64,000 nt of DNA, from assembly GCA_019456305.1 (NCBI GenBank), contig VRUD01000001.1, forward strand, positions 9,717 to 73,716. Reading direction: 5' to 3'. The stretch comes from Cytophagales bacterium. GTDB taxonomy: Bacteria > Bacteroidota > Bacteroidia > Cytophagales > VRUD01. Below, piece after piece: positions 26,301 through 32,893 of the stretch; the first letter of the stretch is position 1; each line of letters opens with the position of its first letter. The position numbers and the translations under genes were made by a program. Under the pieces are notes generated by a model that did not search any database, was not told where the DNA came from, and saw only the letters and a list, made by a program, of their open reading frames with translations.

Positions 26301-27414
26301 CCTGATACTTACCAATGGAATAGTCAATACCACATCTGCCAATATTTTGATCATTGCTGATAATGCAACCTCTACGAGCGGCTCATCTACAAGCTTTGTG
26401 GATGGACCTATGCGAAAAGTTGGTAATGATGCATTTGTTTTCCCTGTGGGGGACAGCATAATCTGGGCACGCATTGGAATTTCAGCGCCTGCTACGCTAA
26501 CTGCTGCCTTTGAGGCACAATATTTCAATGCTACGTATGCCAATACTGTCTCAGTAGGCACGCTTAACAATGTGAGCAAATTAGAACACTGGATATTGAA
26601 TCGTACTGCAGGAGTAGATGCTGTTACAGTTACCTTATACTGGGAAGATGGTACGCGTAGTGATATTAATGATCTGCCGGATTTAGTCGTTGCCAGATTT
26701 GATGGTACCAATTGGATTGATGAAACACAAGCCGGTGGTGTGACCGGAACAGTAGTAGCAGGTACTGTAACGAGCCAGGTTGTTTCTTCATTCAGTCCTT
26801 TTACGTTTGGGTCAAATAGCGCTGCTGTTAATGCATTACCTGTGGATCTGGTATTCTTCACTGCAGAGCTGGAAGGCGACAAAGTAGTGATTGAGTGGGC
26901 AACAGCAAGTGAAATTAATAACGATTATTTTACAGTGCAAAGAAGCGCTGATGGGGATATTTCACTAAGTTCAGTACAAGGTTTTGAAGATCTTGTTAAT
27001 ATAGATGGTGGCGGCACCAGCAATATGACGTTGTATTATACCGTAATTGACAATAATCCGATTTTCGGAACTTCTTATTATCGGCTCCTGCAGACCGATC
27101 ATGATGGACAGAGAGAATATTTTGATGCAATAAGAGTAAGTTATCTGCCTGAAAATCAAATTTTTAGTATATACCCTAACCCAACTAAGGGTGATGATCT
27201 GCATTTGACTATAAAAACAAGCAAGGATCAGCATTTACGAATAGTAATAACCGATGTAGTCGGCAAAAAATACTTCTTACAGGTAGTTGTATTGAATGAA
27301 GGTGAAAATTCTATTGAAATTGATGCTGCTGGTAAATTATCTCCGGGAGTATATAATCTCACCGGTACAATTGATGATAATTTTTTGTTTTTTAAGAAAT
27401 TTGTGGTTGAATAA
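23371..27414 (+). CDS. Large T9SS-secreted surface protein (two ~450-aa internal modules, two Ig/PKD-like domains, T9SS CTD)
   Basis: Signal-like MLYALCAMLLLISTTSVKAAV at 23371. Repeated NWxxxxTWD..VP modules. CT..TITGPDSVC..YSWTVTGG..ITVDWG domains occur twice. The C-terminus IYPNPTKGDDLHLTI...GVYNLTG is a T9SS CTD. The track start at 23143 reads through upstream hairpins. Confidence 0.7.
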   Translation: MLYALCAMLLLISTTSVKAAVLTSIQTGNWTDASTWDLGYVPLATDDIVIAAGHTVSIPNSAGNQTITNFTINTGGIFNNSNKRVIVTGNYTNNGTHAGSIAARTTLNTPGASVDGIGTIHFGDFVFENGVKTILSTANLTKAFGDFVIGSGVTVTNNGTITSAERLDGVDATTSIWVNAVGSTLNFGGDTLLPVGVLTASAPGNTINYYSSGDQPIKIPTANTYYNLSLSGTGIKILMGNLIIAGNLAINSVTLDVDVTNNYSLNIGGDWTNSGVFDEQLGTVTFDGTADQTITNTLGETFYILRIDKTGGNLILNDNITVTTTLIMNQGNIVTGTNVITVGTSIANIGALAYTSGTVVGQYKKWVNAIGVGYNLPLGTSADYRPFNYTLTNLMGGGGTITGEFISSAPGNSGLSLSDAGVTIYNTFVEGYWSLTGGDGLNTNSFDIEATGNGFTSFTIVASTRLLTRADAGSLWSAEGTHVAAVGNTAKRTGTSTLPAHYAFGDTTNCTGPATSTITGPDSVCTDVTGVLYYVTDNPPNFYSWTVTGGTKVLDNGDSITVDWGSAGMVGDVTVIETNTCSEGAPVSRAVNIHSLPTSVITGKANVAAFTTGVPYSVTARPGYSPYTWSVTGGGTIVSGQGTNSITVDWGAAGAGNVSVVASSGCGDAPSVGLDVNIYIVINSIVNGAWNLTATWDCNCVPDFFDNIRIQNTHTVTLTTNEVINHFEVVAGGVFDAAAKRLEVTGDFNLNGEYNGTNNLTLSGAGTNIDGAGNIFNTGTLIISGGAKTILSTAVLTKSSGSFQIGSGIAVTNQGNITLGGDITGAASTTTWVNDTRSTLNIGGIMLSTGTFFASAANNLVSYYGAVAQSIKLPNASTYHGLSITGSGIKTLTGNTIINGDVNITSTFDVDAASNYSIDMLGNWTNSGTFNAQIGKVTFRGSAAQSITNTTGESFYDLVINNSSGINLGGPVTVNDSLILTNGIVNTTSANILIIADNATSTSGSSTSFVDGPMRKVGNDAFVFPVGDSIIWARIGISAPATLTAAFEAQYFNATYANTVSVGTLNNVSKLEHWILNRTAGVDAVTVTLYWEDGTRSDINDLPDLVVARFDGTNWIDETQAGGVTGTVVAGTVTSQVVSSFSPFTFGSNSAAVNALPVDLVFFTAELEGDKVVIEWATASEINNDYFTVQRSADGDISLSSVQGFEDLVNIDGGGTSNMTLYYTVIDNNPIFGTSYYRLLQTDHDGQREYFDAIRVSYLPENQIFSIYPNPTKGDDLHLTIKTSKDQHLRIVITDVVGKKYFLQVVVLNEGENSIEIDAAGKLSPGVYNLTGTIDDNFLFFKKFVVE

Positions 27415-27420
27415 GTTTTC

Positions 27421-27497
27421 TTGCCACGAAGACACGAAGACACTAAGGTGTTATAAAAAAAATAACTTTGTGATTCTTTGTGTCTTAGTACCTTTGA
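27421..27497. repeat. GTGGCA-family hairpin after the T9SS gene
   Basis: TTGCCACGAAGACACGAAGACACTAAGGTG..loop..CTTTGTGATTCTTTGTGTCTTAGTACCTTTGAG. Its right arm repeats at 28516-28541. Confidence 0.7.
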
Positions 27498-27538
27498 GTT
27501 TGTTTAATCTTTAACAAAACGATGTCATCGCTATATCT

Positions 27539-27754
27539 TTGAATATTAACTTTAAAAAAAATAAAAATGAAAGAAATGAGATTTATGAGCAAATTTCTTC
27601 TGATCCTGAAATTATGCACGGAAAACCTTGTATTAAAGGAACAAGAATTCCAGTTCAATTGATAGTTTCAATGCTCGCTGATGGAATGTCTGAACAAGAA
27701 ATTATTAAAGAATATCCTTCATTGACAATCAATACTGTTTTAATTTTGCAGTAA
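27539..27754 (+). CDS. DUF433-like protein (TTG start, C-terminally short)
   Basis: ISSDPEIMHGKPCIKGTRIPVQLIVSMLADGMSEQEIIKEYPSLT matches the DUF433 core seen twice more at 62370 and 63037. It lacks the usual C-terminal helix. Confidence 0.55.
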   Translation: MNINFKKNKNERNEIYEQISSDPEIMHGKPCIKGTRIPVQLIVSMLADGMSEQEIIKEYPSLTINTVLILQ

Positions 27755-27772
27755 TTTCTTTATCTTTGAAGC

Positions 27773-28090
27773 ATGGATAAAATTGAAATAATAAAAGAAT
27801 TAAAAGAATTACTCATCAAATATTTCCCTGGCGAAATTGCTCAGGTAATATTATTTGGTTCCCAGGTAAACGGAGATGCGCGGGAATATTCTGATTATGA
27901 TGTGCTTATTGTTGTAAATCGTAATTATGATTGGAGATATGAAAGGAAAATATTAAGGGTTGTCTATAAGAATGATCTTAAATACCATATCCTTACTGAT
28001 TTCACACTTATTTCAAATAAAGAATTAAATACCCTTAAAGGTAAACAACCGGTCGTGCTTGAAGCATTTGAAAACGGTATTGTAATATGA
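27773..28090 (+). CDS. Nucleotidyltransferase-domain protein (MNT-type antitoxin)
   Basis: The FGSQVNGDAREYSDYDVLIVV motif is the minimal NTase GS..(D/E).D signature. 105 aa. Confidence 0.8.
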   Translation: MDKIEIIKELKELLIKYFPGEIAQVILFGSQVNGDAREYSDYDVLIVVNRNYDWRYERKILRVVYKNDLKYHILTDFTLISNKELNTLKGKQPVVLEAFENGIVI

Positions 28091-28491
28091 CACTTAAACA
28101 TGAAGATAGAGAGAGTTTGATCAGATACAGAACTGAGCAGGCAGAAGATGCCATTGAAGATGCTCAAATTTTGATCGCAAAAGACAGGTTGAAAGCGGCA
28201 GTAAACAGAATATATTATGCAGTGTACTATATTGTTTTTGCTTTAGCTCTTAAGCACAAATTTAAAGGTACAAAACATTTGCCCCTGATAGCATGGTTTG
28301 ATAAAAAGTTTGTAGAAACAAATGTAGTTGATGTAAAGTATGGCGAAATGTACAGGGAAGCATTTAAAAAACGTTCTGAAGCTGATTATGGAACTTTTAC
28401 AAAATTCACCAAAAAGCAGGTTCTGGATTTGTTTGATCAAATGATGGAATTTGTTAAAAAAATTAAACATCTCCTTTATTCTGATGATTGA
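28087..28491 (+). CDS. HEPN-domain protein (toxin partner of MNT)
   Basis: Four-nt ATGA overlap with the NTase gene. The helical 134-aa protein with ..AVNRIYYAVYY.. and ..KRSEADYG.. fits the HEPN family. Confidence 0.75.
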   Translation: MTLKHEDRESLIRYRTEQAEDAIEDAQILIAKDRLKAAVNRIYYAVYYIVFALALKHKFKGTKHLPLIAWFDKKFVETNVVDVKYGEMYREAFKKRSEADYGTFTKFTKKQVLDLFDQMMEFVKKIKHLLYSDD

Positions 28492-28515
28492 TTTAAATTT
28501 TAAATCTTAGTGAAA

Positions 28516-28541
28516 CTTTGTGTCTTAGTACCTTTGTGGCA
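28516..28541. repeat. Half GTGGCA-family element; 21-bp direct repeat of 27476-27496
   Basis: CTTTGTGTCTTAGTACCTTTG is identical at 27476-27496 and 28516-28536. Here it continues ..TGGCA. Confidence 0.8.
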
Positions 28542-28572
28542 TGAAGGCAATTTTAAGTAGTAGCTTTAAAAA

Positions 28573-29400
28573 ATGTTCTATTTATTGAGAAAATTAATTA
28601 GGTGTAGTATTATCATTTTGGTGTGGTGTCAGGTGTTTCCACCTGACACTCCTGTATTTGCACAGGCTGATAAAACAGCCCGGGAAAATACAGATATGAT
28701 CCCACTTGCTAATGATATGTATAATTTCAGGCATTTTAAAGATGCTCAGGATATCTACCTTAAAGTTCTGGAATTTGGTCCTGATAATGCTGCGGTCAAC
28801 TTGTTGGCAGGTTTATGTTATCTTAAAACAGTGAATAAAGTAAAAGCCATCCCGTATTTAAAAAAAGCACACCAATTGAACCCCGAAATATTGAAGCTAA
28901 TGGTTGATTATATTGAATTTAGCGATGAAGAATTAGCGCGGATCAATTCAACTGATTATATTATATATTTGATAGCAAAAGGATATCACCTGACTCATGA
29001 TTTTAACAAGGCGATAGAATATTATGAGCGTTACCATGATAGTGTTTTGCAAAGAGATTTTTTTAAATGGGGATACAGGTCAAGTGAAAAAAATGAGCTT
29101 ATTAATAAGATAAAGAGAAATATCTTTGAATGTAATAATGGAAAAGAATTTGTGAAGTACCCCGTAGGTGCGTTAATTGACAATATAGGAGTGCTGATCA
29201 ATACGCCTCATTCGGAATATGTACCCTTGATCTCTGCTGATGATTCTGTGCTGATCTTTACATCCAGAAGAATGGGAAGCACTGGCTGGAACAGGTCCGA
29301 AGATCATGACTTTTTTGAAGATATTTATATATCCCGTAAAAGAGGGAATTACTGGGTAAAACCGAAATATAGGCAGCGATATAAATTCTGCCTTACATGA
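28573..29400 (+). CDS. TPR + first PD40 (TolB-like) repeats; 5' part of a frameshifted OmpA-family gene
   Basis: Signal peptide ..VFA|QAD, then TPR-like helices, then ..FTSRRMGSTGW..EDIYIS..YWVKPK. The reading continues in the +1 frame from about 29365. Confidence 0.7.
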   Translation: MFYLLRKLIRCSIIILVWCQVFPPDTPVFAQADKTARENTDMIPLANDMYNFRHFKDAQDIYLKVLEFGPDNAAVNLLAGLCYLKTVNKVKAIPYLKKAHQLNPEILKLMVDYIEFSDEELARINSTDYIIYLIAKGYHLTHDFNKAIEYYERYHDSVLQRDFFKWGYRSSEKNELINKIKRNIFECNNGKEFVKYPVGALIDNIGVLINTPHSEYVPLISADDSVLIFTSRRMGSTGWNRSEDHDFFEDIYISRKRGNYWVKPKYRQRYKFCLT

Positions 29401-29521
29401 TGCCTGTATTGCTTTATCCCCTGATGCTGCGCAGTTATTTGTATATAAAACCAAAAGGAGCGGAGACATTTTTCTTTCTAATTTTAAAAACGGTCAATGG
29501 TCAAATCCTAAAAGTTTAGGG

Positions 29522-31837
29522 TTGCATATAAACAGCAATTGTACCGAACCATCCGTATCTGTCACTGCTGACGGTCAAACCTTATATTTTTCAAGTACAA
29601 AACCCGACATATACGGAGACCTTGATATTTTCGTCAGTCATAAAAAAAAGAATGGAAAATGGGGAAAATCAACCAGATTAGGACCTGAAATAAATACAGA
29701 ATATGATGAAGATGCGCCTTTTATACTTCCTGATGGGAAAACATTATATTTTAGCTCCAGAGGTCATAAGGGTATGGGCGATTATGATGTTTTCAGAACC
29801 ATATTGGATGAGAACGGAAAGTGGTCAGAGCCGGAAAATATAGGCTACCCGGTGAATACTGCAGAGAATGATATTTATTTTGTTTTTTCAAATGATGGCA
29901 AGCGAGGGTATTTTTCTTCTTACAGAAAAGAAGGATATGGTGAACAGGATATTTACGTTGTTAATCTGCCCGATTTATTTGCACTTTTTCAACGATTTGA
30001 TAATGATTCTTTAGCTTTAATAGCTATGATAAGATCTTATGGCGTTGAAAGTAATCGGCTGACCAACGAAATAGTTTTAAATGACATATTGGGCGCTGAA
30101 AAAGCAAAAAAAATGGCACAATACCTGGAAATAAAAAGGCTTACCCAAAGCGAAGCGAGGGAACTCGAAAAAGAATTTCTTCAAAAGGATTCAACAGAAG
30201 TTTTAGCTTTAGTAGTATTAGAGGAAGAGGGTAAAATAATAGTGATGGAAGAAGAAGAATTTATGCCTGCCTTTGATCCGCAGGATACAACTGCAACGAT
30301 CAAAGATACTTCTGTTGTAAAAAGTATTACTATTACTACTGACAGCATTGCTGAACAATTTAATGCTGGATTTATGTTCAGTTGTTATTATCGCCTTAGA
30401 ATAGTAGATAAATCAAAGATCACAGTTGAAGGCGGATACATCGTAGATGGAATTACCATCGGATACTATGACCAGGTGGGAGCATTTAACTTTGTTAAAC
30501 TTTCTCCCGATGAGCTCAGGAGACTTTCTGCTCCTGTAGGTTCAATGCTGACTGCCGACAGGGAATTGGTGGTTAATGATATTACTATTGGATACTACAG
30601 TGAAGATGGTGAATTTCACTATTCTAATCTTTCACCTGATGAGATCAGGAGGCTGAGTTCACGTAAGGGACCAGTGCTTACAGCAGACCGCAAATTAATG
30701 TTTGAGGGCGTTACTATTGCATACTACGATGTAGATGGTAAATTTCAGTTTGTCAATCTTTCACCTGATGAGATCAAGAGGCTTAGCTCACCTGAAGGCA
30801 CGATGCTGACGGCAGACAGGAAATACGTAGTGGATAATGTTGCTATCGGTCACTACGATAAAAAAGGAACATTTAAGTTTGCCAAACTTTCTAGTGATGA
30901 GATCAGGAAACTTACACCACCCCCTAAGAGCTCCTTGTTAACGGCAGATAGAAAATTGGTTGTTTATGGAATTACTCTTGGATATTACAATGAGCAGGGA
31001 GAATTTAATGTTTCAAATCTTTCTGCTGATGAACTGGACGAACTTAGTTCAATTGTCGCTGTTTCCCGGAATCAAGTCGATGAGATCACTGTTGGCTGCT
31101 ATGATGACCAGGGAGAATTTAAATATGTAGTACTTTCGCCTGATGAGATCAGATGGCTTACTTCAGTTGCAGGTGCAATGATCACAGCAGATGGAAAATA
31201 TGTAGTTGATGGCGTTACTATTGGATATAGCGCCAGTTCCCAGCCACCTGGCGGGGATAGTATTCCACCGCCTGATTCTCTCTATGGCCCATCTCTCTCT
31301 CCCGCACCCCCTGACCCTCCCGACCAAAGGTACGGGACAGGCCTGAAGGGGGAACGGCCTTCTAATGACTTAACAGTAATAGAGCTACACGAAACAAAAG
31401 ACTCTGCTGAAACTGAAATTGTTTCTGTCTCATCAGAATCTCCCGAAGGGGACCCTGATGATTTTAGCGGTAAAAGTATTGCTTGTGCCGAAGTAGGAAA
31501 AAGTATTAAATTTAAAAATATCCTTTTCAATTTTGACAACTATGCTTTAAGGTCTGCAGCATTTAAAGGATTAAATTATTTGAAAGATGTAATTGAGCCT
31601 TGCGATGAAGTAAAAATTACCATCATCGGGCATACAGATAATGTTGGTCCTGCTTCCTACAACCAGGCCTTATCAGAAAAAAGGGCAAAATCAGTATATG
31701 ATCAATTAATAAAAAAAGGTGTCCAGTCAAGTAAATTAACTTATAAGGGATATGGTGAAGAAAAACCGGTCGTGCCCAACGATACAAAAGAAAAACGGCA
31801 GCTTAACAGGAGGGTGGAGTTTGAAATTTTAAATTAA
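29522..31837 (+). CDS. PD40 repeats + six 44-aa novel repeats + OmpA C-terminal domain; 3' part of the same gene
   Basis: PD40 patterns (TADGQTLYFSS, LPDGKTLYFSS, SNDGKRGYFSS). C-terminal OmpA-like block FDNYALR...IIGHTDNVG...YNQALSEKRA..V...NRRVEF. The frame is open back to 29360. Confidence 0.8.
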   Translation: MHINSNCTEPSVSVTADGQTLYFSSTKPDIYGDLDIFVSHKKKNGKWGKSTRLGPEINTEYDEDAPFILPDGKTLYFSSRGHKGMGDYDVFRTILDENGKWSEPENIGYPVNTAENDIYFVFSNDGKRGYFSSYRKEGYGEQDIYVVNLPDLFALFQRFDNDSLALIAMIRSYGVESNRLTNEIVLNDILGAEKAKKMAQYLEIKRLTQSEARELEKEFLQKDSTEVLALVVLEEEGKIIVMEEEEFMPAFDPQDTTATIKDTSVVKSITITTDSIAEQFNAGFMFSCYYRLRIVDKSKITVEGGYIVDGITIGYYDQVGAFNFVKLSPDELRRLSAPVGSMLTADRELVVNDITIGYYSEDGEFHYSNLSPDEIRRLSSRKGPVLTADRKLMFEGVTIAYYDVDGKFQFVNLSPDEIKRLSSPEGTMLTADRKYVVDNVAIGHYDKKGTFKFAKLSSDEIRKLTPPPKSSLLTADRKLVVYGITLGYYNEQGEFNVSNLSADELDELSSIVAVSRNQVDEITVGCYDDQGEFKYVVLSPDEIRWLTSVAGAMITADGKYVVDGVTIGYSASSQPPGGDSIPPPDSLYGPSLSPAPPDPPDQRYGTGLKGERPSNDLTVIELHETKDSAETEIVSVSSESPEGDPDDFSGKSIACAEVGKSIKFKNILFNFDNYALRSAAFKGLNYLKDVIEPCDEVKITIIGHTDNVGPASYNQALSEKRAKSVYDQLIKKGVQSSKLTYKGYGEEKPVVPNDTKEKRQLNRRVEFEILN
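30440..31231 (+). repeat. Six tandem 132-bp (44-aa) coding repeats
   Basis: Units have the form V(D/N)xITIGYYdxxGeFxxxxLSPDEIRRLSSxxGxMLTADRKxV. Confidence 0.85.
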
Positions 31838-31865
31838 AAAGGTTTTCGTGGTGTCGGGTGTTTCC
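31701..31865. repeat. 165-bp direct repeat, copy 1 (last 46 codons of the OmpA gene plus left arm of its terminator hairpin)
   Basis: Matches 32642-32806 with 3 mismatches. Confidence 0.9.
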
Positions 31866-31872
31866 ACCCGAC

Positions 31873-31938
31873 AATCTCACAGGTACGATTGATGATAATT
31901 TTTTGTTTTTTAAGAAAATAGTGGTTGAATAAGTTTTT
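31873..31938 (+). pseudogene. Relic 3' end of a T9SS-CTD gene
   Basis: About 65 nt with 4 mismatches to 27355-27419. It encodes LTGTIDDNFLFFKKIVVE* versus LTGTIDDNFLFFKKFVVE*. Confidence 0.7.
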
Positions 31939-32041
31939 TTAACACCTTAAAATTTGGATATTTGCAAAAACTTTTTTGTAAGAAATACGTAGCAAGAACA
32001 ACGAACGGAAAACTTAAATACTATATTAGATTAATACTGAT

Positions 32042-32287
32042 ATGAAACCAGAAACTTTAGAAGATATTAAAGAATACAAATTTGTTGATATTTTCAAATT
32101 GACATCTAACGGCACGTTTGAACCAAGAAGGGCAATCAAGATAGAAGGATTGACAATTTATCCAGGACAATCTTTCCGGAAACTTGGAGGCGTTGATTGG
32201 TATGATTTTGTTAGCTATGACATTGGGGCGCTTGAAAGGGCTGATGGGATTTTGGAATTAAAAGGAATTTACGACTTCATTAAGTGA
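32042..32287 (+). CDS. Hypothetical 81-aa protein
   Basis: ATG ORF with no recognisable motif. First gene of a two-gene unit lying between the 165-bp direct repeats. Confidence 0.45.
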   Translation: MKPETLEDIKEYKFVDIFKLTSNGTFEPRRAIKIEGLTIYPGQSFRKLGGVDWYDFVSYDIGALERADGILELKGIYDFIK

Positions 32288-32610
32288 AACAGAGAAAGCT
32301 TTCCTCGCTTAAAAATTTATTCAAAGATGCTCCTTCTACCAAGAACATTGTTGACTTACACAAACGTATTGTCCGGACAGATACACTTGTTTATGTTGTC
32401 CTTATTGCTTTCTTTCTGGCTTTCTTAATGTTTGCATACGATTACTTCAAATTTACCTCTGAGAGCAGACAACGGCTCTACGATAAATTAGAACAAATGG
32501 AAGACACATTACAACAACAGAAAGACGACAGGCAGGACCAAGAAATTAAGCATCTAAAGGAACAAATAGACAATCTCCAACTTTCCATCGACACTACCCA
32601 ACTCCCGTAA
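32284..32610 (+). CDS. Hypothetical 108-aa membrane/coiled-coil protein
   Basis: GTG start overlaps the previous stop by 4 nt. One TM segment (LVYVVLIAFFLAFLMFAY) followed by a QE-rich coiled coil. Confidence 0.4.
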   Translation: MKQRKLSSLKNLFKDAPSTKNIVDLHKRIVRTDTLVYVVLIAFFLAFLMFAYDYFKFTSESRQRLYDKLEQMEDTLQQQKDDRQDQEIKHLKEQIDNLQLSIDTTQLP

Positions 32611-32641
32611 AACAAAAATAAAAAAACTGGGCATAACAATT

Positions 32642-32806
32642 ATCAATTAATAAAAAAAGGTGTTCAGTCAGGTAAATTAACTTATAAGGGATATGGTGAA
32701 GAAAAACCGGTTGTGCCCAACGATACAAAAGAAAAACGGCAGCTTAACAGGAGGGTGGAGTTTGAAATTTTAAATTAAAAAGGTTTTCGTGGTGTCGGGT
32801 GTTTCC
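32642..32806. repeat. 165-bp direct repeat, copy 2
   Basis: See 31701-31865. Confidence 0.9.
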
Positions 32807-32852
32807 TTGTAGAGACGTTGCATGCAACGTCTCTACAAGGAAACACCCGACA
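32793..32852. repeat. 60-bp perfect palindrome (nested hairpin elements)
   Basis: TGTCGGGTGTTTCCTTGTAGAGACGTTGCA|TGCAACGTCTCTACAAGGAAACACCCGACA is an exact reverse complement. It is followed by TCAGGTGGAAACACCTGA at 32859-32876. Confidence 0.9.
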
Positions 32853-32893
32853 TCCCTATCAGGTGGAAACACCTGACAGCACTGTATTAAAAA

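Noticed and set aside
31235-31370. I considered the Pro-rich stretch SSQPPGGDSIPPPDSLYGPSLSPAPPDPPDQRYGTGLKGERP in the OmpA-family gene as another in-frame repeat insertion.
   Set aside because: I found no clear self-complementarity and no second copy in the window. It may simply be a flexible linker before the OmpA domain.
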